DNA of 15,628 nucleotides from a virus (lineage: Duplodnaviria > Heunggongvirae > Uroviricota > Caudoviricetes). The DNA lies in the IMG/VR virus record IMGVR_UViG_2724679293_000002; one strand, written 5' to 3'. The notes beneath the pieces are model-generated. The model was not told where the DNA came from, searched no databases, and saw only the letters and a program-made list of their open reading frames with translations. Below are positions 1 to 10,819 of this stretch, one piece after another. How positions within the stretch are numbered: position 1 is the first letter of the stretch; every line of letters starts with the position of its first letter. Made by a program: the position numbers and the translations under genes.

Positions 1-1
1 T

Positions 2-628
2 GCAGATACGTCCGTTCGCACAATCTCCCTGCTGCCGGCAGCCGGAGAGGCTGCTGCGCAGGGCTGGAGCATTAAGGATGGCGGAATTCAGTTGTCAGAT
101 GGTGTATTTAAGATCACCAAGCAGAGCAATAAAACCTGGTCCCTGACGCATCCGGTGGATGACGCAATTACCCTGCTGACACAGGGCGGCAGACTGACCT
201 GTAAGTTCCGCCTGTCAGGCGCACTGACCAACAATCAGTTCGGGCTGGGGATTTATCTGTATACGGATGCTCCCGTTCCTGATGGTGTGGCGATGACGGG
301 TACCGGTAATCCGTTCCTGATGTCGTACTTCACTCAGACCACTGACGGCAGAGTGAATCTGATGCATCACAGGAAAGCCGGAAACACGAAGCTGGGGGAG
401 TTCGGCGATTACGGTAACGACTGGCAGACGCTGGAGCTGGTGTTCACCGCCGGCAGTGCCACGGTTACTCCGAAACTGAATGGAGTGGCTGGCCCGGCAT
501 TCCAGGTTATAAAAGACAGTCTGACACTGGGACTGAATGCGCTGACGCTGACGGATGTTACAAAAAATGCAGCGTATGGCGTTGAGATAGAAAGTCTGAT
601 GCTGGAGATAAATGCACCGGCAGCATAA
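2..628 (+). CDS. C-terminal fragment of a larger late-region protein of unknown function; 5' end lies outside the window
   Basis: The reading frame of the 92..628 ORF stays open back to position 2 with no stop, so the listed TTG start is probably internal. The translation is beta-rich and Gly/Thr-rich, with no motif I can assign. It sits where lambdoid phages carry cargo genes between Q and the lysis cassette. Confidence 0.5.
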   Translation, partial: ADTSVRTISLLPAAGEAAAQGWSIKDGGIQLSDGVFKITKQSNKTWSLTHPVDDAITLLTQGGRLTCKFRLSGALTNNQFGLGIYLYTDAPVPDGVAMTGTGNPFLMSYFTQTTDGRVNLMHHRKAGNTKLGEFGDYGNDWQTLELVFTAGSATVTPKLNGVAGPAFQVIKDSLTLGLNALTLTDVTKNAAYGVEIESLMLEINAPAA

Positions 629-930
629 TAAAAAAAGCCAGCGACTGACCTGAAAAAGAAGACGCTGGCTAAAAGGCCTTATATGTTTGTAGAGACTTAT
701 TTTTCACAGACAGCAATGATGCCTGTCAATATATTATCAATATGCGGATTGTTTCAGTTACAGATGCCTTATTAAGGAAAAAAACAGCCAGCACTGACTT
801 TCGGTGGAGAGGTGCTGGCTCAAAAGGATAGATGTACTTCACATGTTGCTTCTATATGGCAGTACATTTTCTGACAGACAGTGACGGATGTTGTCAAGAT
901 ATTGTGTCATTTATAACCTGAATCAGGGGA
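629..930. repeat. Two diverged tandem copies of a ~150-bp non-coding module
   Basis: Copy A (~629-780) and copy B (~779-930) align block by block: aaaaaaagccagcgactgac / aaaaaaacagccagcactgac, ctggctaaaaggcc / ctggctcaaaaggat, ttttcacagacagcaatgatgcctgtcaatatatt / ttttctgacagacagtgacggatgttgtcaagatatt. Each copy has an A-run followed by an inverted repeat. Confidence 0.6.
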
Positions 931-994
931 GGCCGGAATGTTATCTGGCATTTTTAGCAGAGCCTGAATGCCATAATCACGGCTCCCGGCGTTG

Positions 995-1030
995 GCCGTC
1001 AGTGGGTGACACTGGCGGCTTTTTTGTTTT
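995..1030 (+). terminator. Rho-independent terminator-like hairpin with T-run upstream of the holin gene
   Basis: A 10-bp stem (gccgtcagtg / cactggcggc, one G-U pair) with a 5-nt loop is followed by tttttttgtttt. Confidence 0.5.
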
Positions 1031-1075
1031 TCTTTACTTTCATTTTCTGTCGGCGGTGACGGAGACATACATCAG

Positions 1076-1282
1076 ATGGAAAAAATCACAACAGGTGTGT
1101 CATACACCACGTCAGCGGTGGGGACGGGATACTGGTTACTGCAGCTGCTGGACAAAGTCTCTCCGTCCCAGTGGGTGGCAATAGGTGTGCTGGGAAGTCT
1201 GCTGTTTGGCCTGCTGACGTATCTGACAAATCTTTATTTCAAGATTAAAGAAGATAAGCGTAAGGCTGCGAGAGGTGAATAA
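1076..1282 (+). CDS. S: Phage-21-type class II holin (pinholin), 68 aa
   Basis: The sequence [22 protein letters not shown]...[36 protein letters not shown] has two transmembrane domains and a charged C-terminus, matching my recollection of S21. A GGAG Shine-Dalgarno sits 11 nt upstream, and the gene lies directly 5' of the endolysin with a 1-nt start/stop overlap. Confidence 0.9.
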   Translation: MEKITTGVSYTTSAVGTGYWLLQLLDKVSPSQWVAIGVLGSLLFGLLTYLTNLYFKIKEDKRKAARGE

Positions 1283-1779
1283 TGTCGCCGTCATTACGCA
1301 AGGCTGTTGCAGCTGCTATTGGTGGTGGGGCTGTTGCCATAGCGTCTGTGCTCATCACTGGTCCAGGTGGTAACGATGGTCTGGAAGGTGTCAGCTACAT
1401 ACCATACAAAGATATCGTTGGCGTATGGACTGTATGTCACGGACACACCGGAAAAGACATCATGCCCGGTAAAACGTATACCGAAGCAGAATGCAAAGCC
1501 CTCCTGAATAAAGACCTTGCCACGGTCGCCAGACAAATTAACCCGTACATCAACGTCGATATACCGGAAACAACGCGCGGCGCTCTTTACTCGTTCGTTT
1601 ACAACGTGGGCGCTGGCAATTTCAGAACATCGACGCTTCTTCGCAAAATAAACCAGGGCGATATCAAAGGCGCATGTGATCAGCTACGGCGCTGGACATA
1701 CGCTGGCGGTAAGCAATGGAAAGGGCTGATGACTCGCCGCGAGATTGAGCGTGAAGTCTGTTTGTGGGGGCAACAATGA
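1282..1779 (+). CDS. R: SAR endolysin (T4-lysozyme-like muramidase, R21 type), 165 aa
   Basis: The N-terminus carries a Gly/Ala-rich signal-anchor-release segment ([23 protein letters not shown]), followed by the lysozyme catalytic region [25 protein letters not shown]. It sits between holin and spanin genes. Confidence 0.92.
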   Translation: MSPSLRKAVAAAIGGGAVAIASVLITGPGGNDGLEGVSYIPYKDIVGVWTVCHGHTGKDIMPGKTYTEAECKALLNKDLATVARQINPYINVDIPETTRGALYSFVYNVGAGNFRTSTLLRKINQGDIKGACDQLRRWTYAGGKQWKGLMTRREIEREVCLWGQQ

Positions 1780-2213
1780 GCAGGGTAACCGTTATTATCT
1801 CCGCTCTGGTTATCTGCATTATCGCCTGCCTGTCATGGGCTGTTAATCATTACCGTGATAACGCCATCGCCTACAAAGAGCAGCGCGATAAAGCCACATC
1901 CATCATCGCTGATATGCAGAAGCGGCAACGTGATGTAGCAGAACTTGACGCCAGATACACAAAGGAGCTTGCTGATGCTAATGCGACTATCGAAAGTCTC
2001 CGTGCTGATGTTTCTGCTGGGCGTAAGCGCCTGCAAGTCTCCGCCACCTGTGCAAAGTCAACGACCGGAGCCAGCAGCATGGGCGATGGAGAAAGCCCAG
2101 GACTTACAGCAGATGCTGAACTCAATTATTACCGTCTCCGAGGTGGAATCGACAAGATAACCGCGCAGGTTAACTACCTGCAGGAATACATCAGGACGCA
2201 GTGCTTAAAATAA
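1776..2213 (+). CDS. Rz: Inner-membrane spanin Rz (i-spanin)
   Basis: It starts [29 protein letters not shown], an N-terminal transmembrane domain followed by a coiled-coil-like region, as in lambda Rz. ATG 1776 overlaps the R stop (ATGA); the listed ORF start at 1764 is an in-frame GTG extension. Confidence 0.85.
   Translation: MSRVTVIISALVICIIACLSWAVNHYRDNAIAYKEQRDKATSIIADMQKRQRDVAELDARYTKELADANATIESLRADVSAGRKRLQVSATCAKSTTGASSMGDGESPGLTADAELNYYRLRGGIDKITAQVNYLQEYIRTQCLK
1975..2160 (+). CDS. Rz1: Outer-membrane lipoprotein spanin Rz1 (o-spanin), embedded in the +1 frame of Rz
   Basis: [20 protein letters not shown] has a lipobox (VSAC), followed by the proline-rich [16 protein letters not shown]. 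An AAGGAG Shine-Dalgarno lies 8 nt upstream of ATG 1975; ATG 1981 is an alternative start. Confidence 0.8.
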   Translation: MLMRLSKVSVLMFLLGVSACKSPPPVQSQRPEPAAWAMEKAQDLQQMLNSIITVSEVESTR

Positions 2214-2253
2214 TTTTAATTTCACTGAAATTTAACAAGTGACTTTCAGGAAA

Positions 2254-2280
2254 ATGCCTCGCAGATGCGGGGCATTTTTG
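2254..2280 (+). terminator. Rho-independent terminator-like hairpin after the lysis cassette
   Basis: Stem atgcctcgc / gcggggcat with loop agat, followed by ttttt. Confidence 0.6.
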
Positions 2281-2362
2281 TACCGGTATTTCACCGCGCA
2301 CCGCAGCGCACAATAAACACCGAACCTGACCCTTTGGAATGGGCCTTTGAGGATACCAGTTA

Positions 2363-2980
2363 GTGCTGGCGAGCCTCGGTGGGCTGGTTTCCTGTGCGGC
2401 AAAGGTTCATTTCAAAGAAGCAGGCAACGCCATGAATGAATTAATTGCGAATCATGACTTCGACTTTCGCCAGTTAGTTACCGCAGCAGAAGGTCAACCG
2501 GTAACTGACACCTTCCAGATTGCCAGGGCATTTGGTAAACGCCATCAGCATGTGATTAGGGCTATTAAATGTTTGAGATGTTCTGAGGAATTCTCGACAA
2601 CCCATTTTGGGGCCGTCGAGAAAATCAATGACTTAGGTATTTTTGACAAGAAACAGATTTACTACCGCATGGACTTTAGTGGCTTCGTTATGCTGGTTAT
2701 GGGATTTAACGGGGCAAAAGCCGATGCTGTTAAAGAAGCCTATATCAATGCGTTTAACTGGATGTCAGCAGAACTCCGTAAGTACAGCGAAAGTTATGAA
2801 GCAGAACGTAACGCCGTAATGCTGGAGTACATGAAAGAGAAGGATGTCGCCAGCATGTCAGGCCGTCTGCTCAATCGCTGGGGGAGAACGAAAAAACCTC
2901 AATTGCTTGCAAAGCTGGAACGTCTGGAGAGACAGGGACAGTTTTTATTACCGGGATTCGATAAAGGTATTCAAGCCTGA
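2363..2980 (+). CDS. Phage regulatory protein, Rha family (pRha domain)
   Basis: The motif FGKRHQHVIRAIKCL matches the pRha signature (FGKRH.NVLRDI) as I remember it. The start is ambiguous: GTG 2363 has a GAGGA Shine-Dalgarno 10 nt upstream (205 aa), while ATG 2432 has a weak one (182 aa). Confidence 0.75.
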   Translation: MLASLGGLVSCAAKVHFKEAGNAMNELIANHDFDFRQLVTAAEGQPVTDTFQIARAFGKRHQHVIRAIKCLRCSEEFSTTHFGAVEKINDLGIFDKKQIYYRMDFSGFVMLVMGFNGAKADAVKEAYINAFNWMSAELRKYSESYEAERNAVMLEYMKEKDVASMSGRLLNRWGRTKKPQLLAKLERLERQGQFLLPGFDKGIQA

Positions 2981-3167
2981 CACATTATGCGCTGTATCGT
3001 CGCCGTATTCCCGCATTAACCATGACCGTAGCCCGACGGGGAATTCCTTCTGCGTGAGTGTGCGGGAATAATCAAAAACGATGCACACCGGGTTTTACTG
3101 TGCTGACAGACGCAGGGTTACCCTCATAGTCGCTTTTCCGGTGCGATGGTGGAAGAAACCGGGATGT

Positions 3168-3362
3168 TCATCCATCATCACTTTGGATTGATGTATATGC
3201 TCTCTTTTCTGACGTTAGTCTCCGACGGCAGGCTTCAATGACCCAGGCTGAGAAATTCCCAGACCCTTTTTGCTCAAGAGCGATGTTAATTTGTTCAATC
3301 ATTTGGTTAGGAAAGCGGATGTTGCGGGTTGTTGTTCTGCGGGTTCTGTTCTTCGTTGACAT
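3168..3362 (-). CDS. Small ribbon-helix-helix-like DNA-binding protein (YlcI-like), 64 aa
   Basis: MSTKNRTRRTTTRNIRFPNQMIEQINIALEQKGSGNFSAWVIEACRRRL reads as a basic N-terminal arm, a beta strand (IRFP), helix A, a Gly loop and helix B. A homologous small ORF lies at the extreme right end of lambda and next to nohD in DLP12, from memory. Confidence 0.7.
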   Translation of the reverse strand: MSTKNRTRRTTTRNIRFPNQMIEQINIALEQKGSGNFSAWVIEACRRRLTSEKRAYTSIQSDDG

Positions 3363-3526
3363 GAGGTTGCCCCGTATTCAGTGTCGCTGATTTGTATTGT
3401 CTGAAGTTGTTTTTACGTTAAGTTGACGCAGATCAATTAATACGATACCTGCGTCATAATTGATTATTTGACGTGGTTTGATGGCGTAGATGCACGTTGT
3501 GACATGTAGATGATAATTATTATCAT

Positions 3527-3598
3527 TTTGCGGGTCCTTTCCGGCGATCCGACAGGTTACGGGGCGGCGACCTCGCGGGTTTTCGCTATTTATGAAAA
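3527..3598. other. cos: cos site: cosQ region and cosN, with the 12-nt cohesive end GGGCGGCGACCT at 3562-3573
   Basis: gggtcctttccggcgatccgacaggttacg | GGGCGGCGACCT | cgcgggttttcgctatttatgaaaattttccgg matches the lambda right-end/left-end junction as I recall it. Confidence 0.9.
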
Positions 3599-3609
3599 TT
3601 TTCCGGGAT

Positions 3610-3711
3610 CCATGTCCGGTTTCTCTTCAAGTTAACTATATGAAAAATATAAAAACAGGTCTTCTGTGAACCGGACATGAACAAAAAACAGACATGTAAA
3701 CCGGACATGAC
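3610..3711. repeat. cosB-position repeat array: three copies of G(A/T)AACCGGACATG(A/G), one inverted and two direct
   Basis: The core CCGGACATG occurs at 3671-3679 and 3701-3709 and as its reverse complement at 3611-3619. An A-tract-rich spacer (3624-3660) separates the inverted copy from the direct copies. No lambda R-site motif (cgtttcc / ggaaacg) is present. Confidence 0.5.
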
Positions 3712-3794
3712 CGGTTTTGTTGTGATTGTGAGGTGAGAGTTTTTGCGAGGTGAGGAGTGGCTACGCAGACTGAAGTTGCCAGGCATTTAAGTCT

Positions 3795-3800
3795 NNNNNN
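3795..3800. other. Run of six ambiguous bases (N), 8 bp upstream of the Nu1 start codon
   Basis: The sequence reads gtctnnnnnnaatgaacaATG. Confidence 0.95.
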
Positions 3801-3808
3801 AATGAACA

Positions 3809-4328
3809 ATGGAAGTCAACAAAAAGCAGCTGGCTGACATTTTCGGCGCGAGTATCCGTACCATTCAGAACTGGCAGGAGCAGGGAATGCCCGTTCTGCG
3901 GGGTGGTGGCAAGGGTAATGAAGTGCTTTATGACTCTGCCGCCGCCATAAAATGGTATGCCGAAAGGGATGCTGAAATTGAGAACGAAAAGCTGCGCCGG
4001 GAAGTTGAAGAACTGCGGCAGGCCAGCGAGACAGATCTCCAGCCAGGGACTATTGAGTACGAACGCCATCGACTTACGCGTGCGCAGGCCGACGCACAGG
4101 AGCTGAAAAATGCCAGAGACTCCGCTGAAGTGGTGGAAACCGCATTCTGTACTTTCGTGCTGTCGCGGATCGCAGGTGAAATTGCCAGTATTCTCGACGG
4201 GATCCCCCTGTCGGTGCAGCGGCGTTTTCCGGAACTGGAAAACCGACATGTTGATTTCCTGAAACGGGATATCATCAAAGCCATGAACAAAGCAGCCGCG
4301 CTGGATGAACTGATACCGGGGTTGCTGA

Positions 4329-4354
<26 letters not shown>
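3809..4354 (+). CDS. nu1: Terminase small subunit Nu1 (lambda type), 181 aa
   Basis: MEVNKKQLADIFGASIRTIQNWQEQGMPVLRGGGKGNEVLYDSAA... is a winged helix-turn-helix DNA-binding domain with an ATP-binding Lys motif. Residues L40, A92 and Q97 match the lambda Nu1 positions known from cosB-suppressor genetics. Confidence 0.95.
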
Positions 4355-8035
<3,681 letters not shown>

Positions 8036-8055
<20 letters not shown>

Positions 8056-9355
8056 TCTCCCGCATATTGCCAGCATGGCTTTTAATGAGCCGCTGATGCT
8101 TGAACCCGCCTATGCGCGGGTTTTCTTTTGTGCGCTTGCAGGCCAGCTTGGGATCAGCCGCCTGACGGATGCGGTGTCCGGCGACAGCCTGACTGCCCAG
8201 GAGGCACTCGCGACGCTGGCATTATCCGGTGATGATGACGGACCACGACAGGCCCGCAGTTATCAGGTCATGAACGGCATCGCCGTGCTGCCGGTGTCCG
8301 GCACGCTGGTCAGCCGGACGCGGGCGCTGCAGCCGTACTCGGGGATGACCGGTTACAACGGCATTATCGCCCGTCTGCAACAGGCTGCCAGCGATCCGAT
8401 GGTGGACGGCATTCTGCTCGATATGGACACGCCCGGCGGGATGGTGGCGGGGGCATTTGACTGCGCTGACATCATCGCCCGTGTGCGTGACATAAAACCG
8501 GTATGGGCGCTTGCCAACGACATGAACTGCAGTGCAGGTCAGTTGCTTGCCAGTGCCGCCTCCCGGCGTCTGGTCACGCAGACCGCCCGGACAGGCTCCA
8601 TCGGCGTCATGATGGCTCACAGTAATTACGGTGCTGCGCTGGAGAAACAGGGTGTGGAAATCACGCTGATTTACAGCGGCAGCCATAAGGTGGATGGCAA
8701 CCCCTACAGCCATCTTCCGGATGACGTCCGGGAGACACTGCAGTACCGGATGGACGCAACCCGCCAGATGTTTGCGCAGAAGGTGTCGGCATATACCGGC
8801 CTGTCCGTGCAGGCTGTGCTGGATACCGAGGCTGCAGTGTACAGCGGTCAGGAGGCCATTGATGCCGGACTGGCTGATGAACTTGTTAACAGCACCGATG
8901 CGATCACCGTCATGCGTGATGCACTGGATGCACGTAAATCCCGTCTCTCAGGAGGGCGAATGACCAAAGAGACTCAATCAACAACTGTTTCAGCCACTGC
9001 TTCGCAGGCTGACGTTACTGACGTGGTGCCAGCGACGGAGGGCGAAAACGCCAGCGCGGCGCAGCCGGACGTGAACGCGCAGATCACCGCAGCGGTTGCG
9101 GCAGAAAACAGCCGCATTATGGGGATCCTCAACTGTGAGGAGGCTCACGGACGCGAAGAACAGGCACGCGTGCTGGCAGAAACCCCCGGTATGACCGTGG
9201 AAACGGCCCGCCGCATTCTGGCCGCAGCACCACAGAGTGCACAGGCGCGCAGTGACACTGCGCTGGATCGTCTGATGCAGGGTGCCCCGGCACCGCTGGC
9301 TGCAGGTAACCCGGCATCTGATGCCGTTAACGATTTGCTGAACACACCAGTGTAA
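8036..9355 (+). CDS. C: Head maturation protease / scaffold C (ClpP/SppA-like), 439 aa
   Basis: It starts at GTG 8036 (VTAELRNLPHIASMAF...), overlapping the B 3' end by 20 nt. The listed ORF start at 7901 is an upstream open-frame extension. Confidence 0.92.
8750..9355 (+). CDS. nu3: Scaffolding protein Nu3, from an in-frame internal start within C
   Basis: ATG 8750 (MDATRQMFAQKV...) is in frame with C, corresponding to lambda Nu3. Confidence 0.8.
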   Translation: MDATRQMFAQKVSAYTGLSVQAVLDTEAAVYSGQEAIDAGLADELVNSTDAITVMRDALDARKSRLSGGRMTKETQSTTVSATASQADVTDVVPATEGENASAAQPDVNAQITAAVAAENSRIMGILNCEEAHGREEQARVLAETPGMTVETARRILAAAPQSAQARSDTALDRLMQGAPAPLAAGNPASDAVNDLLNTPV

Positions 9356-9364
9356 GGGATGTTT

Positions 9365-9697
9365 ATGACGAGCAAAGAAACCTTTACCCATTACCAGCCG
9401 CTGGGCAACAGTGACCCGGCTCATACCGCAACCGCGCCCGGCGGATTGAGTGCGAAAGCGCCTGCAATGACCCCGCTGATGCTGGACACCGCCACCCGTA
9501 AGCTGGTTGCGTGGGATGGCACCACCGACGGTGCTGCCGTTGGCATTCTGGCGGTTGCTGCTGACCAGACCAGCACCACGCTGACGTTCTACAAGTCCGG
9601 CACGTTCCGTTATGAGGATGTGCTCTGGCCGGAGGCTGCCAGCGATGAGACGAAAAAACGGACCGCGTTTGCCGGAACGGCAATCAGCATCGTTTAA
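9365..9697 (+). CDS. D: Capsid decoration protein D, 110 aa
   Basis: It starts [12 protein letters not shown], with AAGGGA 5 nt upstream of ATG 9365. Confidence 0.93.
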   Translation: MTSKETFTHYQPLGNSDPAHTATAPGGLSAKAPAMTPLMLDTATRKLVAWDGTTDGAAVGILAVAADQTSTTLTFYKSGTFRYEDVLWPEAASDETKKRTAFAGTAISIV

Positions 9698-9717
9698 CCT
9701 TACCCTTCATCACTAAA

Positions 9718-9738
9718 GGCCGCCTGTGCGGCTTTTTT
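9718..9738 (+). terminator. Stem-loop with T-run between D and E
   Basis: gccgcctgtgcggc followed by ttttttt. It lies between two equally abundant capsid genes, so it is more likely an RNA-stability or attenuator element than a strong terminator. Confidence 0.45.
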
Positions 9739-9752
9739 TACGGGATTTTTTT

Positions 9753-10778
9753 ATGTCGATGTACACAACCGCCCAGCTGCTGGCGGCAAATGAGCAGAAA
9801 TTTAAGTTTGATCCGCTGTTTCTGCGTCTCTTTTTCCGTGAGAGCTATCCCTTCACCACGGAGAAAGTCTATCTCTCACAAATTCCGGGACTGGTAAACA
9901 TGGCGCTGTACGTTTCGCCGATTGTTTCCGGTGAGGTTATCCGCTCCCGTGGCGGCTCCACCTCTGAATTTACGCCGGGATATGTCAAACCCAAGCATGA
10001 AGTGAATCCGCAGATGACCCTGCGTCGCCTGCCGGATGAAGATCCACAGAATCTGGCGGACCCGGCTTACCGCCGCCGTCGCATCATCCTGCAGAACATG
10101 CGAGACGAAGAGCTGGCCATTGCTCAGGTCGAAGAGATGCAGGCAGTTTCTGCCGTGCTTAAGGGCAAATACACCATGACCGGTGAAGCCTTCGATCCGG
10201 TTGAAGTGGATATGGGCCGCAGTGTGGCGAACAACATCACGCAGTCCGGCGGTACGGAGTGGAGCAAGCGTGACAAGTCCACGTATGACCCGACCGACGA
10301 TATCGAAGCCTACGCGCTGAACGCCAGCGGTGTGGTGAATATCATCGTGTTTGATCCGAAAGGCTGGGCGCTGTTCCGTTCCTTCAAAGCCGTCAAGGAG
10401 AAGCTGGATACCCGTCGCGGCTCTCATTCCGAGCTGGAGACAGCGGTAAAAGACCTGGGCGAAGCGGTGTCCTATAAGGGGATGTATGGCGATACGGCGA
10501 TCGTCGTGTATTCCGGACAGTACGTGGAAAACGACGTCAAAAAGAACTTCCTTCCGGACAACACGATGGTGCTGGGGAACACTCAGGCACGCGGTCTGCG
10601 CACCTATGGCTGCATTCAGGATGCGGACGCACAGCGCGAAGGTATTAACGCCTCTGCCCGCTACCCGAAAAACTGGGTGACCACCGGCGATCCGGCGCGT
10701 GAGTTCACCATGATTCAGTCAGCACCGCTGATGCTGCTGGCTGACCCTGATGCGTTCGTGTCCGTACAACTGGCGTAA
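9753..10778 (+). CDS. E: Major capsid protein E, 341 aa
   Basis: It starts MSMYTTAQLLAANEQKFKFDPLFLRLFF; length and position match lambda gpE. Confidence 0.95.
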   Translation: MSMYTTAQLLAANEQKFKFDPLFLRLFFRESYPFTTEKVYLSQIPGLVNMALYVSPIVSGEVIRSRGGSTSEFTPGYVKPKHEVNPQMTLRRLPDEDPQNLADPAYRRRRIILQNMRDEELAIAQVEEMQAVSAVLKGKYTMTGEAFDPVEVDMGRSVANNITQSGGTEWSKRDKSTYDPTDDIEAYALNASGVVNIIVFDPKGWALFRSFKAVKEKLDTRRGSHSELETAVKDLGEAVSYKGMYGDTAIVVYSGQYVENDVKKNFLPDNTMVLGNTQARGLRTYGCIQDADAQREGINASARYPKNWVTTGDPAREFTMIQSAPLMLLADPDAFVSVQLA

Positions 10779-10780
10779 TC

Positions 10781-10810
10781 ATGGCCCTTCGGGGCCATTT
10801 TCTCTCTGTG
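10781..10810 (+). terminator. UUCG-tetraloop hairpin with U-rich tail immediately after E
   Basis: atggccc-ttcg-gggccat followed by tttctctct. Confidence 0.45.
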
Positions 10811-10819
10811 GAGGAGTCC

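Noticed and set aside
629-1075. Possible tRNA genes between the cargo ORF and S, as in some Stx phages
   Set aside because: I found no T-arm-like GGTTCGAATCC-type sequence or acceptor-stem pairing.
888-1184. 98-aa plus-strand ORF spanning the repeat region and the holin start
   Set aside because: It is out of frame with the holin, crosses the terminator hairpin and T-run, and has no motif or ribosome-binding site. The region is better explained as non-coding regulatory DNA.
2844-3071. 75-aa plus-strand ORF overlapping the 3' end of the Rha gene
   Set aside because: It overlaps the Rha gene in another frame and is Cys/Ser-rich with no recognisable features.
3586-3786. 66-aa minus-strand ORF that almost exactly covers the non-lambda cosB block
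   Set aside because: It has no Shine-Dalgarno, its start abuts the N-run, its composition is low-complexity, and it would lie across the terminase binding region. More likely a chance ORF, though it cannot be fully excluded without homologs.
3603-3800. GGATCC (BamHI) site at 3606-3611 plus the N-run, suggesting an engineered cloning vector or cosmid
   Set aside because: Standard lambda vectors and cosmids keep native cosB and lambda lysis genes, whereas this window has a phage-21-type lysis cassette and natural-looking accessory genes. A single 6-bp site is expected by chance. The N-run is more simply an assembly ambiguity.
3761-4249. 162-aa minus-strand ORF antisense to Nu1 (translation contains XXX from the N-run)
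   Set aside because: It is antisense to a well-supported gene and runs through the ambiguous bases, so it is a shadow ORF.
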